Assembly: GCA_028534125.1 (NCBI GenBank)
Contig: CM052816.1
Coordinates: 9,984,001 to 10,048,000 of the forward strand
From: Lama glama
Taxonomy: Eukaryota
Length of the DNA stretch: 64,000 nt
Direction of reading: 5' to 3'
The notes below the pieces were generated by a model. The model was not told the origin of the DNA and did no database searches. It was given only the letters and a program-made list of their open reading frames with translations. The position numbers were made by a program, and so were the translations under genes. Shown piece after piece: positions 27,887 through 41,020 of this stretch (its first letter is position 1; the number at the start of each line of letters is the position of its first letter).

Positions 27887-28739
27887 CTGTTCTTTATCTG
27901 ATAGTGTTTCCAGACGCTTCACGTGACTATTCCCTACTTCAGAAGACACTTAAAAATTTGTTATTGATGTGTATTTGACGTACTATATTATATGTTTCAG
28001 GGGTGCAATGTACTGATACACAATTTTAAAGATTATACTCCATTTATACTTATTATAAAATGTTAGCTATATTCCCTGTGTTGTATAGTGTATACTTGTA
28101 GCTTATTTATTTCATATATAATAGTTTGTACCTCTTACATCCCCACTCCTATTTGCCCCTCCCCCCTCCCTTAAAGTGTCATTTAAGCTGGGACTCGAGG
28201 TTGTGAAGAACCCATCTTGGCCATGAATATTTTGGGTTGAGGTTCCTGAATATGCAAATATCCTGAGGACAAGGAGAATTTGATTTCTCCAAAGAACTGA
28301 AAGTGCATCCCTGTGGCTGAAACCCATGGACAGGCACAGAGGGATGTGAGATGAGGCAGGATGGGTAGGCAAAGGTAAAATCATGCACTGGGTGTCATGG
28401 GAACAGGCACTGGTTTTATCCTAAGAGCCAGGAGAGGCCAGTATCCCCATCTCCTTGAATGGCACCACCACACGTCCTCTTATATTAGTCAGACACCTGG
28501 GAGTCATTCTGAAACCTCCATTTCCCTGACAAGTCATATCCACCTCATCACCTCATCCTATCAAGCTCATCTCCTGGTATTTTCTTGAATCCTCCCCTCA
28601 GGGTTCCATCTGCACCAACATTCCCTCATCGAAGTCTCTCCAATCAGTTGCAAGAGCTAATTAACAAGCTTCTTATTTCTACCCTGGACCCCTCAGTTTT
28701 GTCCTCACAGCAGCCAAGTGATCATTTTCATTCTAATGC

Positions 28740-29765
28740 TTACAGAGGTCATATTGAACCTTCTCAAACTGTTCCAAAAGAGTCAAGAGGAGGGAATAGT
28801 CCCAAACTCATTCTATGATGCCACCATCACTGTGATATTAAAACCAGAAAAAGGCACTGCAAAAAAAAAAATGATAGGCCAATATCATTGATGAACATAG
28901 ATGCAAAAATCCTCAACAAAATATTAGCAAGCAGAATCCAACAACACATACAAAAGATTATAACCATGATCAAGTTAGGTTCATCCCAGGGACAGAAAGA
29001 TGGTTCGACATATACAAATCAATCAATGTGATACATCACATCAACAAAAGAAAGGACAAATACCATACAATTATCTCCATAGATGCAGAAAAAGCATTTG
29101 ATAAAATTTAACACCAATTTATGAGAAAAACTCTTACCAATATGGGTATAGAGGGAACATATCTCAACATAATAAAAGCTATTTACGACAAACTCACAGT
29201 CAGCATAATATTCAACAGTGAAAAAGTGTAAGCCTTCCCACTAAAATCTGGAACAAGACAAGGATGCCTACTCTCCCCAATTCTATTAACATAGGCTTGG
29301 AAGTCCTAGCCACAACAATCAGGCAACAAAAAGAAATAAAAGGGATCCAAATTGGAAGAGAACAGTTGAAATTGTCACTATATGGGGATGATCTAATACT
29401 ATGTATAGAAAACCCTAAAAGCGCCACACAAAAACTACTAGAGCTGATAAAAGAATTCAGCAAGGTAGCAGGATACAAGATTAACATACAAAAATCAGTT
29501 GCATTTCTTTACACTAACATAAATTAGCAGGAAAAGAAAGTAAATAAACAATCTCTTTTAAAATTGCATCCAAAGCAATAAAATACTTAGGAATAAATCT
29601 GACCAAGGAGGTGAAAGACTCATACATAGAGAACTAAGAAACACTGATTAAGGAAATTACAGATGACTTAAAGAAATGGAAAGAGATCCCATGTTCTCAG
29701 ATTGGAAGAATCAGCATGGTTAATATCGCCATACTGCCCAAGGCCATCCACACATTTAATGCAAT
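28740..29765 (+). mobile_element. L1 ORF2 reverse-transcriptase fragment
   Basis: [42 protein letters not shown] (RT F/Y-x-DD region), with stops. Confidence 0.92.
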
Positions 29766-30089
29766 GTCACAGTGAGATGACAGCGTGAAGGGATCCTAAA
29801 AGAAAAATTCTATGAAGTTGCAAGAGATTCTTGGTTTCCAAAAACAGGTGTCCCTGCTGCTGCAGAGAGGGATCTGCTTATTGGAGGGTGGGAAAAGAGG
29901 TAACAGGGTAGGGAGAGGAAACATGCATAGTAAAGCCACTAGGAAATCTTCAAAATCTCTCTAGGTCAATGGAGATCTCAGACTGGTATTTCTTGGAAGT
30001 GCACCAAATCCTGTACTGACTTGGTACCGGGTTTTTTTTGTTGTTTGTTTTGTTTTACTCTATCACCAATATGCAAGAGTGATTTCAAG

Positions 30090-31205
30090 TTGTACAACAA
30101 ACAGATGAAGATACAGACAGAAGCTCTGGTAGGGTGGGTCTCTCTCACACACCTCCAAAACCTGCCTGCTGGTTTTGGAGGGTCCCCTGGGGAGGTGGGG
30201 GGTGGCTGTGGCTTACTCCGGGGGCATGAAGGATAGTGGCAGACATTCCAAAAGTGTTCATCTATATGAGCTTTCCTGGAGGCTGACATCTTGCTTGGGT
30301 CATTGGCACCAAGTCCTGGCCCCACCCAACAGCCTGTAGGCTAAGTGCTGGGAAGCCTCAGGCCAAACAACATAGTGAGTGGGAACACAATCCCACCCAT
30401 CAGCAGATTTCCTGAGCCCACAGCCACCTCCAGACACCCCTAGGCACAACCCTGCCCACCAGACGCCAGGACCCAGCTCCACCCAGCAGTGGGCAGGCAT
30501 GACCCATCCTGCCAAGAAACCTGCACACCAGATACCAGAAGTAAGAAAATAAGAATCCCACAGCATGTGCAAGGAATCTGCAAATGCAGGCCAGACTGTA
30601 CCCTAGGACCAGCTGGACTCTGGCCCTCGGGTGACAAGAGGGGACTGCACTGCTGGGACACACAGGACATCTCATACAGAGGGCCACTTCTCCAACCTTA
30701 AGAAATGCAACTAACCTACATAAAAATACAAAGGCAACAGAGGAGAAAAATCTGCCCCCACTGCCTGGGGCAGAATCAAATCTCGGTCCCACCTGCAGAG
30801 TCGCAGGACCCCCGGGTATGGATTCAGATTTCAGCCTCACCTCCCCTGGGGGGCAGGGGCGTACTGTGCACTAGCCTTTGTGCCCCTTCAGAGCAAAGCC
30901 AGAAGATGACTGTGTCTGAACCCTGCCTCTCTTGTCGCAGAACAATGGTGCCGAGGAACACCCTCTGGGCTAATGGAGATGGATGCTATGCCCTGGCTGC
31001 AGCTGTGTTGTGCCCCTCCTCCCATGCACACCAGCAATGGTGCTCTCTATGGAGGGACCCAGGCTGATTTGCCTTCTCTTCTAGCCTCAGCTTGCATCAC
31101 ACTCCAGCCATCTGAGGTTGCATCTGGGCAGTCAGCCCCAGTCCTCTCCCTAGGCTCATCTGTGGAAGCCAGAGCTTCAGCAGCCAGTCCTGATCTGCCC
31201 CCAGT
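30090..31205. mobile_element. GC-rich L1 5'-region fragments, apparently two pieces in opposite orientation (junction ~30735)
   Basis: 'aaacctgcctgctggttttggagggtcccctggggagg' and 'gggccacttctccaacc' are L1 5'UTR-like; orientation of the second piece is inferred. Confidence 0.55.
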
Positions 31206-32219
31206 GGCTGTCATTCTTCATGCATTTGCTTACTTTCTGCTGCTACAACATGGTCCAGATCATCTTCACTATTCTTCGCCCCTGCCCTGGAATGAACCTT
31301 TCCTCCAGGGAGTGACCCTCACTTCTTTTTTAGAAAAAGAGTAATATTGTGGAATCATCCAGCCACTAGATTACTCATTTCAATCAGGGTGTCCTGCTCC
31401 GAGGCCCTCCCAGTGGACAGAGCTAGAGAATCTATGTATACGTATGTACATAAATGTAGATGCCCTCGTCTCTCTGCAAGGGCTTTGACCTTCTGACTAT
31501 TAAGTGGCCCCTCGGTGGATACTGTTCTTACTCTCCCTGGGCCTTGACTCCCCGTGCCAGGCCAAACACCATGGATGCCCTCACCTCTCTCAGTGAAATC
31601 AGTTCTCCACTGAAAAAAGTTGTTCTGTTCTTATCCTGTGTTCATGCCTCAGTTTATGCGCTTCGACCACTTTTATTGTTGATAAAACAGAACAGTTGCC
31701 TAGAGTCAGAGAAGTGTTAACCAGGCCCTATCTCTTTCATTTAATTCCCCTAGGAAATAAATTCACCTCTCTGATTCTCAGTTTATTCACTTATAAAGGA
31801 GAATCACATATTAACCACATGTGGTTGTGTGAATTAACTGAGAGTGAATGTTCAGGTCATTGGTTTACACATAGGTATGACAATAATGAAAATAATGTTT
31901 GTTATCATTCCAACAAATCTAGAAAAAAAAATCAGAACTCATTCTTTGATTTCCAGAAGAGGGAACTGAGAAATAAGACACAGAACTAATTTCAACACTC
32001 TTCCTCTATAAGTCAGCATGAGCAAAAAGTGTTCTGGTCTTAGAAATCATTTCAAACTCCACAGGCTATGAAAATACAGCTGTGAAAATCTACCAGAATT
32101 ATATAAATGTGGTATCAAAACCAAAGAAGAAAAAAAAATCTCATTTCATTACTCATTATTACTCATAGTCAACATATTTAGATCTGAATTTAATACTTAG
32201 AAGCCATTTGCAACCCGGA

Positions 32220-32630
32220 CCTATCAGTTATCTAAGGCTGCGTAACAAATTACTCTGAAACTTAGTGGCTTGAAACAACCAGTTTATCATTCTCATAAGT
32301 CCTTGAAATGACTGCATTCTTCTGCTTTCTGTTTATTAGGGCAGTGGATATACAGAAAACTGGCATTTGTCATTGGCTTTGGTCAGAAGCCCAGCGCAGG
32401 CTGTCTGCAAGAGACCTTTGTTGTCCATGAGTTCAATAAAGTATATTCCAAGACACAAAAGTCAAAATTGTAAATGTCCTAGTGATTAGCCTCAAAACAC
32501 ACAAAGCATTTTTCACACTGCATTCTATTGTTCCTATCAAGACATAAGACCACTCCAGATCTGAGGGGAGAGGAAACCCACTCTACTTCTTGGTGGAAGG
32601 AACTGCAAAGAATATTTAATCTTCAACAAA
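32220..32630 (-). mobile_element. MLT1-type MaLR LTR
   Basis: 'ggctgcgtaacaaattactctgaaacttagtggcttgaaacaacc' and 'ctctacttcttggtggaaggaactgcaaaga' are MLT1 hallmarks. Confidence 0.7.
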
Positions 32631-33221
32631 CCCATATTAAAAGGGGTGTCCAGGCTTTTGAAAGGTCATATGAGAGACAATTAATGAATATTGGAACATC
32701 AGCCTAGAAATAAGATGAATTAAGAAGACTTTAAGATATTGTTCAAACACTTGGGGACCTATAACAATGAAGGAAGAATAGACTTGGATATAAAAAAGAA
32801 TTTGAGAGTTCTTTTGAAATGTGATTAGTAATGACAAGAATGTAAAGTTTAGTGATTCAGTACTGAAACCCACAAAGGTTAGCTAATGTCACATTTACTG
32901 TAGAAAATTTCTTATAATAAATAAGAGGATGGATTATATCACCTTTATTACCCTTTCCAATTCTGTGATCAGAGACTTCAACATCTTCCTTAACCTAAGG
33001 CTTAATTCAAGAAGAAAGTGCTCAAGATTGCAATAAACCACTTTAAAATTAGTTAAGCTTTCTTACCACTATTTCTAGGACTCTATCACACTCCCTGCTT
33101 TAGAATCCCCATAACTGTGTGTTTCATTTCTTCTAGGGAGGAATAAGTCCAAACCAAGGGAAACCATGACGGTTTGTGAAATTTAATGTTGAACACAAAT
33201 TAATTTTCAGAATGGTTCACA

Positions 33222-33239
33222 AGTGCCCCCTTGTGGCCA
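33222..33239 (-). promoter_or_regulatory. Candidate CTCF-binding site
   Basis: Minus strand reads TGGCCACAAGGGGGCACT, close to the CTCF consensus TGGCCACCAGGGGGCGCT. Confidence 0.65.
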
Positions 33240-33849
33240 ATTCGGAGATTGTGCTACAGTTTCTCTACGAAACAAAACAAGGCAAAACAACAAGCAACAG
33301 GTTAGCAAATACCTTCTTTATGTAAGGGCCTGTGCTAGAGGAAAATAATGAATTGCAAAGTTAAAGGAGGGAGAGGAAGTCGGGGATTATTTTTTCTGTT
33401 TTTTTGTTTTACTTCTCAAATGATAAACCAGCTAAAAGAAACACTATCTCAAATGTAACAGAAGGTTGGAAACTATTATTCTGGATTTGGGGCTATGGAT
33501 AGGTGTGTGTGTATCTAGTGGAGAGGTACAGAGTGATGGCAGAGAAGTCACCCTAACTAATGTCCCTGGAAGCCCTGAAAGCCTCTAATTCTCAGAGATT
33601 TTTACAGCATCCCTATTTAGCAGTGTAGGGCCACACCTTCAGGATTTTTCTGTCATGCCAGAACGTAGATAAATAAACAGGCACTTCGGTGAACACAAAC
33701 TACATTAATATTCAATCCTCCCTCATTCCTTATTCCATAGGTGCCAAATGCAGGATTTACAAGATAAGGCCATCAAAAATAGTAGAAAGCATTTAGAAAG
33801 GCTAGAGCTGTTTTCCAATTCCACATATAAGCTTCAAAGTCACTGCTCT

Positions 33850-36800
33850 ATTCTAATAAGCAAAAAGCTGGACAGACTGAAAAATCAACAACACTTCTTG
33901 GATCCATAGGCATGAAAGGACACAGGCTAAAATGCTGCCCCAGGACCAGAGAGACAGTCAGGCCGTTACAGGGAGTCGTGCTGACCAGTGCAGACTCATG
34001 GGTGGAAACCACCTGGAAAACCAAAGCTGGGGCAGAAAAACCTGAACTGTAATCGACGAACTGCTGGAAGCTCGGGGTGGACAAGTCTGAGAGTTAAACG
34101 CTCCAGAGGGACTCAGTCATGGAGGTAGAGGGGGAGGCAATACTGTGAGATTTAGCTCTAGGAGCTCAACAAAATTCCCGGAACGAATGTCAGAGAAAAA
34201 TCTCTGACACTTGGCAGAGGAAGGAGGAAAAGGAATCAATTTGAAATATACCAGATCACTCTGTTCTTAACAAGGCTTGCCCTCAGAGAAGGTTAGTTAA
34301 CCTGAGCCTAACCAGCTGGAGTAGCATCAGAGCCTAACTGATCTGGGGAAGAGAAATACTCAACTCCAGGACACTCTAGCCATCCTGTCCCTCCTAAATG
34401 GGGAGAAAAAAAACTGAGAAACTCTTGTGAGGTTCACAGTCTAGAGGCATAAGCTCACTAGTCTGAGACCTAATCAAAGGACTACAGTACGTTTCCTCAT
34501 TCAGCACCTCATCACCATGGTACTAACGGACAATTTATAGCAGTTCCCTTTACCCAGTACATCATATCCAGCTATTAAAAAAATTACAATGCACACCAAA
34601 AAGCAAAAGACACAATTTGAAAAGACAGAGAAAGTATCAGAACCAGACATGGCAGGGATGTTGGAATTATCAGACCAGGAATTTAAAACAACTATGATTA
34701 ATATGCTCAGGGAGCTAATGAATAAAGTAGCATACAAGAACAGATGGGCAATGGAAGCAGAGAGATGAAAATCTTAAGAAAGAACCAAAAACAAATTCTT
34801 GGGGCCAAAAAAACTGTCAAAGTAAAAAGAATGCCTTTGATGGGCTTATTAGTAGACTACACATGACTGAGGAAAGAATCTTTGCGCTACTGGATATAGC
34901 AATACAATCCTTGAAAACCAAAAAGCAAAGACTGAAGAAACAAAAAAGCAAACACACAGCATCCAAGGACTCTATAGGACAACTACAAAAGGTGTAATAC
35001 ATGCAAAAAAACATGCAAAGGGAATACCTGAAGGAGGAGAAAGAGAAAGGAACAAAAGAAATATTTGAAACAATAAGGACAGATTGTCCCCAAATCATCG
35101 TCAGACACCAAACCACAGATCCAGAAAGCGCAGAGAACACCAAGCAGAATGAATGCCAAAAGATGACGTGCAGGCATATCTTCAAATTACAGAAAATTGA
35201 AGACAAAGAAAAAATTCTGAAAGAAACCAGAAGGGAAAAAAATCTTACTTAGAGAAGAACAAAGATAAAAATTACATCAGGCTTCTCCTCAAAAACCACA
35301 CAAGCAAGAAAGGTGGACTGAAACATTTAAAGCGTTGAGGGAAAAAAATCTACCAACCTAGAATTCTGTACCCTGTGAAATTATCCTTCATGAGTGACTT
35401 TTATCCTTCATAAAGACTTTCTTAGACAAACAAAAACAGAATTTGTGGCCAGTAGACATGCCTTGCAAGAAATGTTTTTTAAAAGTCCTTTAGAGAGAAA
35501 AAAAATAACATAGGTCAGAAACTTGGATCTCTGTAAAGTAAGGCAGAATATCAAAGAAGGAATAGGTGAAGGTAAAATAGAAACTTTTATTATTTTTATT
35601 CTTAACTATCTAACAAATAGAAGTTTGTTAAAAATAATAATGGCAATAATGTATTCAATTATGTATGCTTATATACATATATGCTATACATTTATTTATG
35701 TATGCTTATATCTGTATACTTACTTATGCTCATATGTAAGTGAAATGAATGACAGCAGCCATACAAGAGACAGGAGGGATTAGAATTATTTTGTCATTAT
35801 AAGGTATTCATACTACACAGGAAAAGGTACAATGTCATTCAAAAGTGGACTTAGATTAGTCATAAATGTATACTGCAAACTCTAGGGCAATCACTAAAAA
35901 AGTAACAAAAAGAAGTATAATTCATATGCCAATAAATGAGAGAAAATGTAATCACATAAAATGCTCAATTAAAATTCCAAAAGGCAGAAAAAGATTGGAA
36001 GACCAAATAGAAACAAAAAGAAAATAGTAATGAACACGGTAGATATTAATCCAATTATATTAATAATCACTTGAATATCAATGGCCTAAATGCATCAATT
36101 AAAGGATACGGATTGTCACAGTAGATCAAAAAACATGACCTAATCATATGTTGCTTACAAAAACCCCTCTTTAACTACAAAGACAGTTATAGATTAAAAG
36201 CAAATGGGTGGGGGAAAATGACCCATGCTAACATTAATCAAAAGAAAGCAGGAGTAGCTATATTAATTTAATCAAAATAGACTTCAAAGTAAGAAAAATG
36301 ATCAAAAATTAAAAAGAGAATATTACATAATGATAAAGAGGTCAATTCTCCAAGAAGACAGAAAAATTAATATGTATGCATCTAACCACAGAATGTCAAA
36401 CTATGTAAAGCAAAAACTGACAGAACTGCAAGGAGAAATGGATGAATCCACTATCATAGCTGGAGACTTCAACATTCCTCTCTTAGAAATGGACAGATCC
36501 AGCAGGCAGAAAATCAGTAAGGACATAACTGAATTTAACAACACCATCAATCATCTGTATATAATTGACATCTATAGACCAATTCATCCAACAACAGCAG
36601 AATATATATTTTTCTCAAGCTCACATGGCACATTCAACAAGACCACATTCTGGGCCATAAAGAAACACATTTACAAATTTAAAGGAATAGACATCATACA
36701 ATGTCTGTTCTCAGACCACGATGGAGTTAAACTGGAATTCAATAATAGATAACTGGAAAATCTCAAAATATACTTCTAAATAAAGCATGGGTCAAGGAAG

Positions 36801-38360
36801 AAATCATCAAATCTAAAACTATTTGATCTAAATGAAAATAAAAACACAACTTATCAAAAACGTGTGTGATGCAGCAAAACAGTGCTTAGAAAGAGATACA
36901 GAGCATTGAATGCACACATTAAAAAGAAGAAAGTTTTAAAATCAATAACCTGAATTTCTGCCTTAGGGAACTAGATAAAAAGAGCAAATTAAATGGAAAG
37001 TAAGCAGAAAAAAAGAAATAACAATTAGAACAGAAATTGAAAAAAGGAAGTCAATAGAGAAAAATCAATAAAACCAAGAACCGTTTCTTTGAAAAGATCA
37101 ATAAAATTGATAAGCCTCTATACAGCCTAACTAAGGGGGAAAAAAGAGCAAAGACACAAATTACAAACATGAGAAATAAATGTGGGGGCAGCACACAAGA
37201 TAGGCCAATATAGGAATACTATAAATAACTCTATACCCACAAATTTGATCACTTAAATGAAATAAATCACTTGTTTGAAAGCCACAATCTGCCAAAACTC
37301 ACACAAGGAGAAATAGATGACCTGAATAGGCCTATATCTACTAAAGAAACTGAATCAATAATTAATAACCTTCCGAAACAAAAAACATCAGGCCCAGAAA
37401 GTTTCCCTGGTGAATTATACCAAACAGTTAAGGAAGAAATGATAACAATTCTCCACAATCTCTTTCAGAGGATAGAAACTGAGGGGATACTTTCTAACTC
37501 ATTCTATGAGGCAAATATTACCCTAATACCAAAATTAGACAAAAATATTAAGGCAAAGAATACTACAGACCAATAGCTCTTTTGATCATACATGTGAAAA
37601 TCTTCAATAAAAGGTTAGCAAATCAAATCCAAAAAAAAAAAAAGTGTAAAAAGAATTATACAGCATGATCAAGCAAGATTTATCCCAGGTATCCAAAGCT
37701 GGTTCATCATTTGAAAATCCATTATTGTAATTCACCACATGATGGCAATTTCTCAAAAAACTAAAAATAGAACTACCATATGATCCAGCAATTCTACTTC
37801 TTGGTATTTATCTAAAAGAATCAAAATCAGGGTCTTAGCTATATTAGCTCTGCCATGCTCACTGCAGCACTATTCACAATGGCCAAGATGTGGAAACAAT
37901 CTAAATATTTACCAACAGATGAGCGGATTTTTAAAATGTGGTATTTAAATACAATGGAATATTACTCAGCCCTAAAAAGGGAAGGAAATACTACAATATA
38001 TGATAATGTGTATGAACCTTAAGGACATTATGCTAAGTGAAATAAACCAGTCACAGAAGAACAAATACTTTATGATTCCACTCACATGAGCTATCTAAAA
38101 TAATCATACTCTTAGAAGCAAAGAATAGAAAGTGGTTTCCAGGGGCTGGAAAAAGGGGGAAATGGGGAACTGCTAATCAGTGGATATAAAATTTCAGTTA
38201 TGCAAGTGAATAAGTTCTAGAGATATGCTGAACAATACTGTGCCTACAGATAACAGTACTGTATTGAACACTTAAAAACCTGTTAGGAGAGTAGATCTCA
38301 TGTTAAGTGTTCTTACTACAATAAGAAAAAAAATTTCTAATTTTTTAAATAAAAAAAAGA
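33850..38360 (+). mobile_element. Long degraded L1M (5'UTR, ORF1, ORF2 endonuclease/linker), joined at ~37742 to an L1 3' end with poly(A)
   Basis: ORF2 peptides TIIAGDFNIPLLEMDRSSRQKI, FSDHDGVKLE, LPKQKTSGPESFPGELYQ; 3'UTR and A-tail at ~38325-38358. Confidence 0.92.
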
Positions 38361-39159
38361 TGTATGATCCCTTAGATGTGTAATCATGGTCATTTGTGAT
38401 GATGTAATGCAAAAAGCTTTGTACAATATAGATTATTCCAACCTGTTGCTAACAGCAATGCGCCAGAATCACATTCATTATTTATAGTCATATGTTTACA
38501 TTCAATATTTAAATTCAGATTTATGTTCAACTTTTTCCTTCAATGGTATCCTTTCCGATCTCTTCTAATTTTAACACTTATCCTTCAATCTTCCCACAAA
38601 GTTACCCATCCCATCTTTGGGGAGGTATTCAGTGCTGACTTTCTGCACCCAGGGAAGGTCCCTAGATGTTCCTACGATGACAATAAGTGAGCCATTCCAA
38701 CCGCACCAAGACCAGAGGGAAGCTCTCTGGGCTTCAGTGTTTTTACCTACCCAAGTGTCCCATGAGGATGATCTTTCCAAATACTAACATTACATCCTTA
38801 TAATGTCAAACTATTTTAAACCATAATAATTCATATATTTGTATATTTTCTCATTGTCAAATTACCTTCATTAAGCTAAACTTATTTAAGCTATAAAAAT
38901 TTATATTAATTTCATAGCTAAGGATCAGTGAAGTCAAGGTCATTTTACAACTCGGTCTGAAAATTAGGACTCAAAACTAACCCCTTGAAATCCAGTGACT
39001 TCATTGCCATCCGTGATGAAGCAGTCAACCCTTTCAGTTCCATAAGACATATTCTGATGACATCTTTCAGAATGCTGTTATTGCATGTTTCTGACGCCAA
39101 AGTAAAGGACAATAGAGAGGTTAAAGATGCCCTCTACCAAGTACTCCATGCAGTAATAG

Positions 39160-39689
39160 CTGAAAGGCGTCACCTATTAATCACTTCAACCAGTACGACC
39201 CATGGAATGAAATGCAGCAGAGTTATGAGCTGTGGAGGGAGATCATCATCCCACAGACCAAAAGCTGATCTCCAGCCGTTTTGTCGTTGGCTTCATTCTG
39301 CCTCTGACCATAACCACCTGCTGCTCATCCTTGTAGCCTTGAAACTAAGCCAAAACCAGCTGGCCAGGTCCAGCCCACCCTTCTGGGTCCTTGCAGCCAT
39401 AGTGAGTCTTCCTCTGCTGGTTGCCCTTGCAAGTGTCCCTGTCTGGACTTTGCCTCCTCTCAAGAGAACAGAGGGGACCTGTACCGGGTGGCCTTACTCA
39501 GAAGCCCTCTCACCTGGTCACCTGGTCTATGGCTTTTATCAACAGCTGCTTCACCCCAGGTCTCTATGTCTTCAGTGGGCATGATTTCAGGACCATTTGT
39601 TTCACCCCCTGCCAGCTGCCTGAGAACAAGTACTCTCTGAAGAGCCAGGCAGGCCTGAATCCCAGCTCCCAGACAACAATACTTCGTGA
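39160..39689 (+). pseudogene. Degraded intronless class A GPCR of the chemoattractant receptor group (FPR/CMKLR1/C3AR1/GPR32/GPR33-like); ECL2 to C-terminus
   Basis: Across frameshifts: GVTY*/HFNQYDPWNEMQQSYELWREIIIP (ECL2); LISSRFVVGFILPLTITTCC (TM5, 39265-39324); ILVALKLSQNQLARSSPPFWVLAAIV (ICL3/TM6); VFLCWLPLQVSL (CWxP, 39406-39441); PLTWSMAFINSCFTPGLYVFSGHDF (TM7); QDHLFHPLPAA*EQVLSEE (helix 8). Confidence 0.85.
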
Positions 39690-40786
39690 CATGACCCAGT
39701 TTCCCAGTCCAGCTGTTCACAACTCATTCCATCTTCTTAAATAGGTCTACAGAAATCCAAAATCAAACAGAATTTTACAGAATAAATCACACCTTATAAA
39801 TGGGCTCCAGTCCTGGACTGTGTTTCAGAACTAGAACTTGAGGTGCCTGGGAGGCAGGAGCAAGAAACTAGACTCATTTATAAAAGGAAGACACATTGAA
39901 CATGTCGAGAATAATGTACATGGATAAACAATAATCCCAAGGTTAGAGCCTATGCCAGGATTGATTAAGTCTTAAAGGATAAAGGTTTGCAATACATGAT
40001 TTCAGAGACTAAGGAGAAGAGTTCCTGGTGCAAATTAAATAGACTAACTAGCAGATCATGACAGCTGTTTCCAGTTTATTCCCAATTCAGAGTTAACTTA
40101 TTGCTAATAAAAACCAGGAAAGACTATCAGGAGCCCTTGACTAGATAAAGGACATTTTTCAGAGGGCAACAGGAGATCTGCTACAGGCAACACCCCTAAC
40201 AACAACTAAAAGAGGGTGGCGCTTGGAATGATGTTGTTACAAAAGAGAAAAGCAAAATTATGTTCAAAGGTTTTTTCCACAGAAAATCGCTTTTAAGGAA
40301 ATCAGTGATAACCAGTTGCATAGGCAATCTTGGACACAATTCAGACACTTATGTTACAATCTAGATAAATGCTTTGAGTGTTTGTAATTCAAAGTTGCAG
40401 AGACAGAACCAAATCCTGAAGAACTAGAACTTGGAAATGGAGCACAGCCAGCTGTCTATGCTAGGACGGGAATCTGCATAAGTGGCCCCCCGGGGTGGGA
40501 AGACGAGGAACACTGGTAATGTCTGGGGAAGTCTTCATGGAGAGTGGGCACTGAGGCTGGGCCTAGAGGAATGGGCCCAACCTAGGAATTACAAGTGGGT
40601 GAGGGCAGGTGGTATGGCAGGAAGAAGCCAAGGAAGGGAGAGAAAATTCCAGCAACACTATCTCAATAAGCTTCCATGGAAACATCACCAGAAACTCAGG
40701 TCCTAGTGAGGTCCTACATTCTGTTCAATTTGTGCCAGAAACACCTGAACAACTAAAATAATGGTATTTGGTAACCAGAACACTAG

Positions 40787-41020
40787 CAGGGCTGGTACTA
40801 GGGTGAAACTAGTAAGATACTCACCTCAGGTGCAAAATTTAAGGGAACACCAAAAAACTCAGCTTCAAGATAAACAATACCTTGATGCAATAATTACTTA
40901 CAAATCATATTAATTCAGAAAAGTCCATGATGAAAAAAAATATAACATTTTAAATAAAGACAGGGTCTAACTCTGCACTTGATGATTTGACCTCACTCCC
41001 CTTACCCTGATTCCGGTTTT
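40787..41020. mobile_element. MER96B-like hAT element
   Basis: 'cagggctggtactagggtgaaact...tgcaaaatttaaggg' start and a complementary 'ctcactccccttaccctgattccgg' end. Confidence 0.6.

Noticed and set aside
27242..27949. Long ORFs spanning N runs (also 47307-47970)
   Set aside because: Artefacts of gap translation plus L1 ORF2 ends
36330..37576. 140-aa and 101-aa ORFs
   Set aside because: L1 ORF2 fragments, not host genes
38985..39584. 199-aa ORF as a real protein
   Set aside because: Starts at TTG; only short parts are in the ancestral GPCR frame, so it is a chance open frame over the pseudogene
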